From contig NW_021832309.1 in assembly GCF_006345805.1 (NCBI RefSeq), positions 1 through 31,277 of the forward strand: a DNA stretch of 31,277 nt, read 5' to 3'. A program made the translations under genes and the position numbers. The notes below the pieces were generated by a model. It saw only the letters and a program-made list of their open reading frames with translations, ran no database searches and was not told where the DNA came from. Below are positions 9,864-21,128 of the stretch, in pieces; within the stretch, counting starts at the first letter, position 1, and every line of letters starts with the position of its first letter. The DNA is from Octopus sinensis (Eukaryota).

Positions 9864-10410
9864 CGACTCTATCCTTTACTGTTCTCTTTCTGTCTCCCTT
9901 TCGTTTTCTCTAATTCTTTTTCGCCCCTCACCGTTTTCTGTCTGTCTGTCTGTCTTTCTTTTCCTCGCGTGACCATCTTTCTCTTTCTTCAGACTGTTGT
10001 GCAGTCCAGACATATTCTTATCTGTCTCCTCTCCAATATTTTCCCTTATCATAGAATCATCTTCCAGCGTTTGCTACCTTACCTCGTCTTGGCCTAACGA
10101 CCCTCCCTGTTTGTCTTAGTTTCGTTTGGCTTGTTGTATGTCCTGTTTTGGCTACCAACTTTGACCCTCCGCAAATCCTAAATTTCATTTTGGTTCGCGG
10201 GAGCAACTGCCTTCAAAGTCTTATATTGTCATTCATTGCTCGAAAGAAGGAGTAGAAGGATAACCGACAACTGATGAAGGGTTGTTTTTTATATTACTTG
10301 TCTTGTTTTCCATTTGCTTCTCTTGTTCTTTGCGTACCCAACTTTATTTTTGTAGTTCCTGTTGTTTACATTTTATGACGTCCTGTACCCATATATGCGT
10401 ACCTATGTAC
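9862..10410 (+). mobile_element. Diverged relative of the 114-1430 PLE-like element
   Basis: Pyrimidine-rich body, gacaactgatgaaggg motif and a gtcctgtac...atatatg end shared with the minus strand of 114-480. Boundaries approximate. Confidence 0.45.
10219..10282 (+). ncRNA. Candidate non-circularly permuted hammerhead ribozyme, copy 3 (diverged subfamily)
   Basis: tcttat-A-ttgtc-attcatt-gctc-GAAA-gaagg-(15 nt)-gacaa-CTGATGA-a-gggt. Stem I ttgtc/gacaa, stem III agaagg/tcttat with one mismatch, stem II gggt/gctc. Confidence 0.55.
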
Positions 10411-10451
10411 ACACACACACACTCACACATATGTGTATATATATACATATA

Positions 10452-10483
<32 letters not shown>

Positions 10484-10592
10484 CATATATATATATATAC
10501 ACACTCAAAGAAGATTATCGTATTTATTGTCCTAATTGCTGTGACTTAATTTTATTTTGTTTTTAATAATATTTTTTAAAATGTAAAAGCGG

Positions 10593-10806
10593 AAGGCGGT
10601 AAGTTGGAGAAATAGTTATTGCGTCGGCCGGAATGTTTAGCGGCATTTTGCCCGCTGCTACGTTCTGAGTTCAATTTCCGCCGAGGTTGACTTTGCCTTT
10701 CATCCTTTCGAGGGTCGATAAAATAAGTACTACTTGAAATTTGTTGATGTAATCGACTTTTTCCCACCCCCGAAATTGATGGGCTTCTGCCAAAATTTGA
10801 AATCAA
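10593..10806 (+). mobile_element. SINE family A, single unit
   Basis: ggcggtaagttggagaaa head, gttctgagttcaatttccgccgaggttgactttgcctttcatcc core. Confidence 0.8.
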
Positions 10807-11189
10807 TACTTGAAATGATGGGTACGCATGATTTCAATTTCCATGGTGACATTCAGCACCAACACACCGTGTAAACCGAAGAACAACCGTATATAATTTC
10901 AATGGAAATTCTAACTGAATAGAATGTATTTTTACTAGGATCTCTAATAATATCGAAACCGTTCCGCAACTTAACCATTTGGTAGTCTTTAGAAAAACAT
11001 ACATTATCTTGTGCATTTCTTTCATTTTACAATGTTTTCGGTTGTCTTTTATTATCGTGAACCCCCACCACTGTTTGTTGTTTTTGGATTTTAAACGCAG
11101 AAAAACACCCAATAGAGAATTTTGTCTATTACATGCATGGATAATCTTAGATAATCGAAAATATTAAATCACGATATTGCATTCTTAAG

Positions 11190-11420
11190 ATCCTGTGGTA
11201 TGTTGAAAATGAAAGATTACAGATGCAAGAATGGGGAAGTTTGAAAGAGCAGAGTATACGAAGAACGAATTATAAAAGTTTACCTGTGTGTGAATATATG
11301 AGAAAGACAAAGTTCAACATATAAAATATTCAGGAACGAAGGATTACACAATATACTGAAGAAAGAAATCTTACGAATGAAAGAATACAGTCTTGTTGAA
11401 GAGTTTGTAATTCGGAAGAC
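11190..11420 (+). repeat. Degenerate aagattacgaatata-type minisatellite block
   Basis: aagattacagatgcaagaat, ggattacacaatatactgaag and cttacgaatgaaagaata variants. Confidence 0.45.
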
Positions 11421-11994
11421 AAATAGACGCGATGCCTTTCCCACCTCACGTCAACGTGAACTAGTCCACGTTTATTGAGATTGAACTAGTCGATGTGTAG
11501 CTAATTAACAGTGTATGCACACTGCAACGTTTAAAATTATGTTTTTTTCTTGTCATTTCTTAGGGAGAGGTCTAACTTACTTATTCTCATCTAAGTGTAT
11601 TTTCACAAGTATTTTTTTTTATCTGAGTTTTCTTCTCTCGACTGTCGACTGGGGTTGGGGAACAATGAGTAGTAATTATTTCGTTTTTGAATATGAGAAA
11701 AATAAATGTTTGTTTCACAAACGTTCACTACCTTACAAAATGTATATGTGCCAAGCAAATGACCTTCCCTCCATGCATTAACCTATTTATAATACTATAA
11801 CATACTCAGAGCAATATCTCGTAAGATTATCTCCGTTCTCTTTGAGCATTCAAGACAAATTTAGGTGGAGAAAATGAAGACAAAATAAAATGGATTTGCG
11901 TCTTTAAGTCTCCAGAATTACTTTTAAGAAAAGACTCATAAACATCAATATCCGCCCTCTTAGACATCAGGAAGATCAGAAGTACTGCAACATA

Positions 11995-12150
11995 TTCTTT
12001 TCTACTCTAGGCACAAGGCCCGAAATTTTGGAGGAAGAGGCCAGTCGATTAGACCCCAGACTACAAATGTTATTTATTTTTCGACCACGAAAGAATGAAA
12101 GGCAAAGTCGACTACAGCGGAATTTGAACGCAGAACATAAAGACATACAA
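11995..12150 (-). mobile_element. SINE family A fragment
   Basis: gaatgaaaggcaaagtcgactacagcggaatttgaacgcagaac is the reverse complement of the family A core. Confidence 0.8.
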
Positions 12151-12322
12151 AAAGTGCTACAGTATATTAAAATATCTAGGGCAAATGAAAGAGGATCTTG
12201 GGAAAATGGCACATGATACATGATATGAAATTAACGAAACACCACTAAATATTCTCTGTAGCTTCTTCAAGATCTGTTGGAGTGTCACTCTTAACGATAT
12301 ATTTACGTGCCATGAAGTTTTT

Positions 12323-12610
12323 TTGTTTATTCCTTCTCGAGCCATGCCTGGCTCATAAGGGCCGCTTTCCCGGTTTCCCTGGCGTATAGGTTCCCCAATT
12401 GGACGGAACACCGGCACGTCGCAGGTGAGCTGGAATAGGAAAGAGTGAGAGAAAGTTGTGGCGAAAGAAGTTCGCCATTACCTTCTGCCGGAGCCGCGTG
12501 GAGCTTAGGTGTTTCGCTCATAAACACACACATCGCCCGGTCTGAGATTCGAACCCGCGATCCCTCGACCACAAGTCCGCTGCTCTAACCACTAGACCGT
12601 ATACCTCCAC
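12323..12610 (-). mobile_element. tRNA-derived SINE family C, full length
   Basis: Minus strand: ggtctagtggttagagc (A-box region), gggttcgaatc (B-box), tail ggcccttatgagccaggcatggctcgagaaggaataaacaa. Confidence 0.8.
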
Positions 12611-12635
12611 GCCATGCAGTTACAGAGAAGAAATT

Positions 12636-12730
12636 ATTCTTTTCTAGTCGAGGCACAAGGCCGAACATTGGGGGGGGGGCGGTCAGTCAATTATATCGAC
12701 TCCGGTACGCAACTAGTACTTAATTTATCA
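12636..12730 (-). mobile_element. SINE family A 3' fragment
   Basis: ttctagtcgaggcacaaggcc...tcgactccggtacgcaactagtacttaatttatc matches the family A terminal tail in reverse. Confidence 0.7.
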
Positions 12731-13244
12731 CGAGAAGAAATTATTGAAACTAGTATATACTCCAGTTGAGACACAATTTCTGAAAATTTATCAACTTAGT
12801 CATTAGTGTGCGAAAAATTGACTTGGAATCCAGCAGAGACAATAAATGTTGATTATTAAACATCAAAAGTTACACAGATATTTAATAAAAAACCTCGGTT
12901 ACAATCGAGTCGAAGTTGAGGAAAAATCTCTTGAAAAAAGAGGACCGGCCAACGGAATATGGACTCACTCGGACTCGGACTCGCTCAACTTCAACAACAA
13001 CAACAATGCTGACCAATTTTTACTCCTAAAGATGATGCAACAGTACGAAATGATTATGTAATACTTGCAATAATAATGGGCTTCAAAGGGGTAAAAAAAA
13101 AGCAAAAGAAAGCAAAAAATAAGAAACTAGTCATTTTGCCCACCCTTACCAACTATAGCTAAGGAATCGAGCAGAATTGTTTCTTAATTTATTCATTTGA
13201 TTCTATCTGCGTAATATCTGCAAGATTAGAAAGTTGCAGGGTGA

Positions 13245-13800
13245 AAGATTACGCTATGAGCATATTCAAGGAGATATAGTTACGAGTAGTGGAGAATGTT
13301 CTTATTGAAAGTTTACGAATAATGAAAAATATACGATTAGTTGTGTAAGGATATTGGAGAATGAAATATTACAAATATAAAATTATTGAAGGAGAAAGAA
13401 ATTACCAATTTGAGAGAAGTGGTGTCTGAAAGGTTCCAATCAGAAGACTGAAGAATTACATATCTTCAATATAAGAATATTGAAGAACGACAAGTTATTA
13501 ATGTAAAATTATTGAATAATGAAAGATGACGGATATAAGGATACTAAAGAAGAAACGATTACGTTACAAGTACGAGGGAAGATCAAGCGTTACAGTGGAA
13601 GAATAGGAGAGAATGAAAGATACTTTCATTTATAAATATAGTGAAGCATGAAAGATTCAAAATATCAAAATTTGAATATAAATATAAGAATGCTCAGGAA
13701 CTGAAAAGTGCAGATATAGGAATGCCCAAAAACGGAAAATAAGAAAATTGACGAAAAAATGTCGATTGACCTATAATATTGGAAGAAATGTGCATATGAA
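13245..13800 (+). repeat. Degenerate aagattacgaatata-type minisatellite block
   Basis: aagattacgctatgagcatattc, atattacaaatataaaattattgaag, aagatgacggatataaggatactaaag and similar variants. Confidence 0.55.
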
Positions 13801-13836
13801 GTAATTTTTTATGGTAGTCATGATTATCGACCTCTG

Positions 13837-14035
13837 TACATACATACATACATACATACATACATACATACATACCTACACACACATATATACAAACATA
13901 CATACATACAGACAGACAGACATACGTACGTACATACATACATACATACAGACATACGTACGTACGTACGTACGTACGTACGTACATACATACATACATA
14001 CATACATACATACGTACGTACATACATGTATACAA
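13837..14035. repeat. (TACA)n/(TACG)n/(CAGA)n tetranucleotide microsatellite
   Basis: Visible simple repeat. Confidence 0.95.
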
Positions 14036-14448
14036 ACAAAAGTACCCTGTTCTTGATGTTGAAATTCTAATGAAGGAGCTTTGGATCTGGGTTAGAAACC
14101 GGTTCTTTCTCTACTGGCAAGAAATCTTGAAATAAAACTGAACAATGACATACAGAGAAGCTCATGCATACATACATGCACAGTTTTATATATATATATA
14201 TATATATATTGGAGGTAGGAATTTAAAAGGCTACCAATAGTTTCATGTATGCATTCTTTATAGTTGTTATAGAGTACAAAATGGTAACGTTGGTACTCGT
14301 CTCCATTTTCGTGAAGAATATTCGAGAATGAATGATTATGACATAAGTTTGATGAATAATGAAACATATTTATAAGAATATTAAAGGATGAAGGGTGCAT
14401 TGAGAAATAAAATATAAGGAAGTAGAAGATTGTAAGGTGTAGAAATTT

Positions 14449-14592
14449 AGGTTCAAATTCCGCCGAGGTCGATTTTGCCATTCATCCATTCGGGGTCGAC
14501 AAATTAAGTGCTAGTTGAATACTGAGATCGATGTAATCAACCAGTCTCTTTCTCCAAGATTTCAGGTCTTGTGCCTATAATAGAAAGGATTA
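14449..14592 (+). mobile_element. SINE family A, 5'-truncated
   Basis: ggttcaaattccgccgaggtcgattttgccattcatcc...cttgtgcctataatagaaaggattatt. Confidence 0.8.
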
Positions 14593-14697
14593 TTGTAAAA
14601 TTAAACACTAATATTTTTACATTTAAAATTAAGAAATAATTTTCTCTCACAAACAATCGTTTTATATGAATATATTTTGCAGATACTTATTCTACTA

Positions 14698-14905
14698 TTA
14701 CTTTACTGGTTTCAGTCATTTCATTGTGGCCACACTAGAGCACCGCCTTTAGTTAAACAATTCGACTCATAAACTTATTCTTTGTAAGCCTAGTACTTAT
14801 TCTATTGGACTCTTAAGCCGAACCACTATGTTACGGGGACGTAATCACACCAACATCGGTTGTCAAGTGATATAGGGGGTACAAACACAGACACACAAAC
14901 ACACA
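14698..14905 (-). mobile_element. SINE family B 3' half (outer element of a nested cluster)
   Basis: gagcaccgcctttag...ttattctttgtaagcctagtacttattctat...catcggttgtcaag is the reverse of the family B tail. Confidence 0.8.
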
Positions 14906-14925
14906 CACGCGCGCGCGCGCATATA

Positions 14926-16120
14926 ACGTTAAAAACTTTTTCACCTCCCGAGCGTTAAACTAATACATCTGTTTTGGTCTACACCACTTGTCTTCGTCTT
15001 TCTTTTTACCTTTTTTTACATGCTTCAGTCATTTGACTGTACCCATGCTGGAGCACCGCCTTTAGTCGAGCAACTCGACCCCAGGACTTATTCTTTGTAA
15101 GCCTAGTACTTATTCTATCGGTATCTTTTACCGAATCGCTAAATTACGGGGACGTAAACACACCAGCATCGGTTGTCAAGCGATGTTGGGGGGGACAAAC
15201 ATATACACACATACATATATATGTATAGATGTATACGACGGGCTTCTTTCAGTTTCCGTCTACCAAATCCACTCACAAGTCTTTGGTCGGCCCGAGGCTA
15301 TAGTAGAAGACACTTGCCGAAGGTGACACGCAGTGGGACTGGACCTGGAACCATGTGATTGCTAAGCAAGCTACTTACCACACAGCCACTTCTACGCCTA
15401 TGTTGTGTTTTTTGGTGTGCATTCTCCCCATATATTACAAGCTCACGTGTTCGCACCAGTTGATCCTGTCTCCTCATCACCCACGAACTTTTATGGATTC
15501 TCTACCTGGACTTTCTACTACACTTCAGTTGCACCTCTCCTACCCATCGATTACACTAGACTCTTTCGGTGATGAGAAACCGATCCAATACACCACGACG
15601 TTTGAAACTGAACTTTTTTGTACTTTCTGCTTTTTCCTATTGTCGTTTCTTCCTACTCTGGTTGTTCTTACTCCGTTTTCTCTAATCAGCACCTGTTACC
15701 TTGCCTCTCTCTTCCTCCTTTTCTTTTTCCCTTTCGTCTTCTCTTCTCCCCTTCTTCCCTCTTTTCTGTCTGTTTCTTCTATCTTCATCCTTTCCCTGTT
15801 TTTTATATCCTCCTGCTACTTTTCATATATATTTCTTCTCCCCACACCTTTTGTTTTTTTTCTCCCCACACCTTTTAAATGTTTACTCCCCACGTCTTTA
15901 TTTACCTTCTCTCTTTCTCACTCCCTTCCCCCTTTTCTCCTTTCTTTCTCTTCTCTTCTCTTTTTACAATCATGCCCGATTACAAACCTTTCCTCTTCTG
16001 TGGAAGAGCGTAGTCTCGAAACGTTAAAGACTTTTTCACTTCTCGAGTGTTAAACTAATACATCAGTTATCTACACCACCTGTCCTCGTCTTTTGTTTTG
16101 TTTGTTTGTAAATTCGCCCT
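14926..16120 (+). mobile_element. Penelope-like element remnant with tandem partial pseudo-LTRs, interrupted by a SINE
   Basis: aacgttaaaaactttttcacctcccgagcgttaaactaatacatc (14926) is repeated as aacgttaaagactttttcacttctcgagtgttaaactaatacatc (16020). Hammerhead-like CTGTGGA-a-gag...ctc-GAAA at 15998-16021. ORF 15355-16053 is mostly translated pyrimidine tract. Confidence 0.65.
15016..15400 (-). mobile_element. SINE family B, full length, inserted in the PLE pseudo-LTR
   Basis: Near-complete reverse complement of 6354-6785. Confidence 0.9.
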
Positions 16121-17067
16121 ATATATATATATATAAACGGCAGTTTATCTGTCTGCGTGTCTGTGTGTCTGTTAGGTTGTACCCTCACCCTGACCACGGC
16201 TTTCAACCGATTCTGATGAAACTTGACACACACATAGCCCAATGTCATAATTCAAAACTAACGCAGCGAAAATTTTGAAAAGTTCCCCCGGTTCTGAAAA
16301 AAATCGATAAATTCGACATGGGGTCGAGAATCAGAAACACAAACCACAGGCTGTCTAGGGGACGCAACTCGACCTCTTTAACTCTCAACTCCATCAATAT
16401 CCAGCTACTTGAAGCTATTCCTGGTAATGTTCACGTCTACAAATCTATTGATAGGACAGCAGACCCCGCCGAGCTTGCCGATTATCCTGTTGAATTCCTG
16501 AATTCACTTGAACCGCCAGGCTTGCCGCCACACATCCTGAAGTTAAAAGTCGGTGCGCCCATTATGCTCATCGGGAATTTGGTTCCACCTAAACAGTGCA
16601 ACGGCACACGTCTGGTTGTGAAACATTTGCCACCACATTTAATAACGGCCACAATACTTACCGGTTGTGGGAAGGGAGAGGACGTCTTCATTCCACGCAT
16701 GCACCTTCAACCGTCGGGCGTTGACCTACCAATCCACTTCAGGCGTTCTCAGTTTCCTGTTAAACTCTGCTTCGCAATGTCCATCAATAAATCCCAAGGC
16801 CAAACGCTACAAGTCGCTGGGTTACAGTTGGGCAAACAGTGCTTCGCCCACGGTCAACTCTACGTGGGCTGTTCACGCGTTGGGAGGCGCAATGATGTTT
16901 TCATGTTTTCGCCCAAAGGGACAGCTAGGAACATCGTATACACAGAAGTATTGGAGTGAAAAGAAGACATTGCAACCTACACATGCGCCTTCGTTCCCTA
17001 GATTGGGATTAGTCGTTGCCTACTAGGGGCTCTTACATACCCGGGCAACGCCAGGCTATGCTGCTAG
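16119..17067 (+). mobile_element. Short non-autonomous Helitron
   Basis: 5' (TA)-rich start with a ctgtctg(t)gtgt repeat and accgattctgatgaaacttgacacacacatag. 3' hairpin cccgggcaacgccagg (17040-17055) followed by CTAG (17064-17067) then T. Contains a Rep/Hel helicase fragment. The 5' end is approximate (no clean TC). Confidence 0.85.
16318..16959 (+). CDS. Helitron Pif1-family (SF1B) helicase C-terminal fragment; uninterrupted but truncated ORF
   Basis: YPVEFLNSLEPPGLPPHILKLKVGAPIML, CNGTRL, FPVKLCFAMSINKSQGQTL, HGQLYVGCSRV. Lacks the Walker A/B motifs and the Rep domain. Confidence 0.9.
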   Translation: MGSRIRNTNHRLSRGRNSTSLTLNSINIQLLEAIPGNVHVYKSIDRTADPAELADYPVEFLNSLEPPGLPPHILKLKVGAPIMLIGNLVPPKQCNGTRLVVKHLPPHLITATILTGCGKGEDVFIPRMHLQPSGVDLPIHFRRSQFPVKLCFAMSINKSQGQTLQVAGLQLGKQCFAHGQLYVGCSRVGRRNDVFMFSPKGTARNIVYTEVLE

Positions 17068-17097
17068 TATATATATATGCATGTATGTATGTATGCA

Positions 17098-17232
17098 TAT
17101 ACGGCGGTCTTCTTTCTCTTTCCGTTTACCATATCCACTCACAAGACACTTGCCCAAAGTTTCACGCAGTGGGACTGCACCAGGAATCATGTGGTTGGTA
17201 AGCAAGATACTTACCATACACCCACTCCTGAT
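17098..17232 (-). mobile_element. SINE family B 5' half with an internal deletion
   Basis: ccactcacaagacacttgcccaaag...cacgcagtgggact...ggtaagcaagatacttacc is the reverse of the family B head. Confidence 0.8.
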
Positions 17233-18267
17233 GTAAAAAGAAAATAGAATATTGTCGAGAATTGGAAACAGAAAGATGTGAATCTGTTAAGGAAAACACA
17301 ATTCTATCAAATTAAAATTACTGGTGAGTATTGAAGTCTAACTGTTTACAATACTCTGCGCCTTGTTTAGGTGCAGTATATATAGAATTTAAAAAATAAT
17401 ATCGTAACTTTAAAATATTTTGTTTAATATCCTCAACGTTCGTTCAGAATATTGAGAAAATGATCAAACGAAGTGAATAATATTTCACTTTTAAGAAAAA
17501 TTATTTTATCTGTTACCAATTCCATTACACTAATAGGTTAAACACTATTCAGTAACGAGATAAAACAAAGATATTACATATTTTTTTAGAAATTTTACTG
17601 ATAACAAACGAAGATAAAGCATTATTCGGAAGATGAAAAAGTGAAACCCAATACCTTGCATTATTATTAAAACTGTTTACGTTGTCTATGTAAAGTTAAA
17701 AACAATGGGAATGGACCTTCCTCAGTTTCGCTGATGATGTACGCTGTTCGATTATCTGATGTATCAATTTCTCGTATTAGTATTTTATCATGTACATAGC
17801 TGAGAAATCCAGAATCAGAATTAGCGTGATAGAATGTGACAAAACCAGCCTTTTCTGCTGTGAGAAATGACACAAGCTTTTAATTTCATAAGAGTGTTTT
17901 TAATGCTGTTAGTGTTGTATTGCAGAATTTTTAGATAAATGTATACAATTTTACAGCATGAAATTCTCAATGAAGATTACAATAAAACTTTACGCACACA
18001 CATACACACACATACACACACATGCATATATATATATGTCTATGTGTGTATGTATATATATATATATATATATATATGCACATTTAAATATAAATACATC
18101 TGTGTGTGTGTCTGTGTAAATACATATGAGTATTTACACACACGTATGTGTGTATATATGAGTGCATATTACATATGTGTGTGTATATGAGTACTTAAAC
18201 ACACATGCACACATATTGATATATGTATATATTTATGAATAACTATGGAAATGTATGTGCATAAATG

Positions 18268-18324
<57 letters not shown>

Positions 18325-18786
18325 ATGTATATATATATATTGCATTGATAGGAATGCATGTATATATGGTCATATATAGTCATATATATCACACATGGTT
18401 ATATCAGTATGATATATATATAATATGAAATTATACCTATATCTATACGTTCAACCAACCCAACCAACCTTTCACACAAATATATAAAATATGTGTGTAT
18501 TCATATGACAAAGCTAAGCATTTACACGTCATTTCCTGTTCTTCCACCATAGACATTTCAGCAAAAATAATTCGACTCGCTTGATTTCACGTTCCATTTT
18601 GATTTCTCATAACGGTAGATTTGGAACTGGAATCGTGCCCGTTTCTCGTTTACTCAAAACCTGATAAATAATATCTCGATAAAAACTGAACATAACTTTT
18701 GCTTTCATTTTTCCCACATTAAGTTCTTTTGTCGTCTTTTTTTTAACATCCGCATTATCATCATAATTCCTTTGTTTCCAGCATTA

Positions 18787-18789
18787 TTC

Positions 18790-18836
<47 letters not shown>

Positions 18837-19050
18837 GTTGTTGTTGTTGTTGTTACTACTACTTTATTATTATTATCATCATCATTATCATAATCACCAT
18901 CATCGTCGTCGTCGTCATCAACATCATCATTCTTATCATTGTCATTATTATTATTATTGTTGTTGTTGCTGTTATTACTATCATTATTATTATTAATATT
19001 ATTATCATTATTATAAAAACTATTGGTATTTTTATTATTATTATAATTGT
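18787..19050. repeat. (TTA)/(TTG)/(CAT)/(CGT) trinucleotide compound microsatellite
   Basis: Visible simple repeat. Confidence 0.95.
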
Positions 19051-19257
19051 TGTTCAAGTTGCTGCTATATTTCATAATTTATATGTTTTTTAAATGCATC
19101 TATTTTCTTGATTGACTTTTTTATATATTTTTGTATTTCCCTCTTCCTCTTTCTCTCGACGTTATTAAAAACAAGAAATAAAAAAACAATAGTTGTAAAA
19201 GAGGCATATTGATGGCTAAGGATAATGGTATTTCTATTGAAAATTATGTTTTTTGAA

Positions 19258-19385
19258 ATTATATATATGTATATATCTGTGTGTGAGTGGGTGTGTGTAT
19301 GCGTGTGTGTGTATGCATATAAACATGTATGCACATATATGTCTATATATATGGACATATATACATATAGATATACATAATTGTG

Positions 19386-19420
<35 letters not shown>

Positions 19421-19542
19421 ATATATATATGTATACATGTATATATATACATAAATATGTATATATCTACCTCCATATCTCTATATGCATATATATATAT
19501 ATATATATAAACACACACATATATTTCTGTATGCGTATATGA

Positions 19543-19598
<56 letters not shown>

Positions 19599-19635
19599 GT
19601 ATACACTCACACGCGCGGACACACACCCACACATA
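19258..19635. repeat. (TA)/(TG)/(CA) compound microsatellite
   Basis: Visible simple repeat. Confidence 0.9.
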
Positions 19636-19837
19636 TAAGTTGACGATGGTAGTTGTATGGATGCTTGAGGCAACGTAGGTTTTGAAAGGATGAAGACGAC
19701 ACGTTGATGATGATGCTGATGATGATGATGAGAATGAGGTGGAAAAGAGAAGAAGGAGGTGGTGGTGGCGTTTGATAGCGAAGCTGATGATGAAAATAAT
19801 AATAGCTTTGATGTTGATATGAAGTTCTCTTTCAATT

Positions 19838-20020
19838 CATATATATATATATATATGTATATACATAGACATACATACATACATACATACGTACATACAT
19901 ACATACATATAGATATATAGATATATATATATATATAAATACACATAACAGATGACGACGACGACGACGACGTTGATGATGGAGATGGTGACAACGATGA
20001 CACTGATGACGGTGATGACA
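19838..20020. repeat. (TA)/(TACA)/(GAC/GAT) compound microsatellite
   Basis: Visible simple repeat. Confidence 0.9.
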
Positions 20021-20577
20021 ACGCCGTTACACCGTTTACTTTTACTCTGCAATGAGCCTGATCATTTATTGCTACAAAAACTACTGTTCCATTATTTTAA
20101 CAACATTGCACTCGAGTGAGCATATTTTTCTTTCGTTGAATTCAACCAACCAAAAAGAAAAAAAAAGAAAAGAAACATAACAACAAAAACCCGCTAAAAA
20201 CAAAAAAAAATAGAAGAAACAAAAAGAAAACTGAGTAATTTCTTCTTTGATTGGTTGTTTATCGAGGAACTGAAAAAACTTGGCGTCCATCTAATAAATC
20301 TATAAGAAATTGGTGTTAAGCATTGCAGAGTGATGAAACATCAGTAATTTCTGGAAAATAGAATATTTTTCCTTTCTTTTTGTTATTGTTTTTGTTTGTT
20401 TGTTGATGCGGTTACAAGGAAACTAGTTATTTATAGACAACACTAAAACTTGTATACGGATCAATTTGAATGAAAATTTACGTGTTATTGGGATTTTTGT
20501 TATCCATTTCAAATAGTTATTGATGAGTTATATAGTTCATTACATCTTCGGGCATCAATTAAGATTTCCTCTTCATG

Positions 20578-20585
20578 TGGTAGTA

Positions 20586-20638
<53 letters not shown>

Positions 20639-20667
20639 TGTTGTTGTTGTTGTTGTTGTTGTTGTCG
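20578..20667. repeat. (GTA)n(GTT)n microsatellite
   Basis: Visible simple repeat. Confidence 0.95.
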
Positions 20668-20989
20668 ATTACTCTCAAGTTTTGCCCTTCATCATGTCAA
20701 TCTGTTTCAGTCGAGAACGTTCGGATTGTATTTCTATTTATTTAGGCTACATTATCTGACAGGTGCTTCATTCAAAGTTTCTCTTTATTATTTTAATGAA
20801 AACAGGGTGAGATTATAAAGAAGATTTCTAGCTACTATTTCGAGAGGAATGAGTTGCGCAACCCTACCCCAAACCGCTCAGCTTCGTGTTGGTCAATACT
20901 GTAAACCCTAAAACAGGCGAGGCTATATTTAAGAGGAAGAGATAAACATGGTATTAGGGGCCATGAAGCACTAATTCATTTGACATTGT

Positions 20990-21128
20990 TCATCATCATC
21001 ATCATCACCATCGTCGTCGTCGTCGTCACCCACCTCTTCCTCCACCTCATTATCAACATCATCGCCGTCGTTGTCATCCTCACCACGATTGTCGTCGTTG
21101 TCATCATTGTCATCATCATCATCATCGT
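20990..21128. repeat. (CAT)/(CGT) degenerate trinucleotide repeat
   Basis: Visible simple repeat. Confidence 0.9.

Noticed and set aside
10834-11112. Minus-strand ORF containing SCG as an insulin B-chain exon
   Set aside because: No second cysteine at the expected spacing and no signal peptide.
12530-12610. tRNA gene
   Set aside because: A/B boxes belong to a SINE head continuous with a SINE body; no complete cloverleaf could be folded.
12846-13061. 71-aa ORF and a GC-richer patch with ggactc repeats, as a possible promoter or first exon
   Set aside because: No clear core-promoter, splice or homology support.
15355-16053. 232-aa ORF as a membrane protein or PLE GIY-YIG endonuclease end
   Set aside because: Mostly translated pyrimidine tract; resemblance to a GIY-YIG C-terminus is too weak to call.
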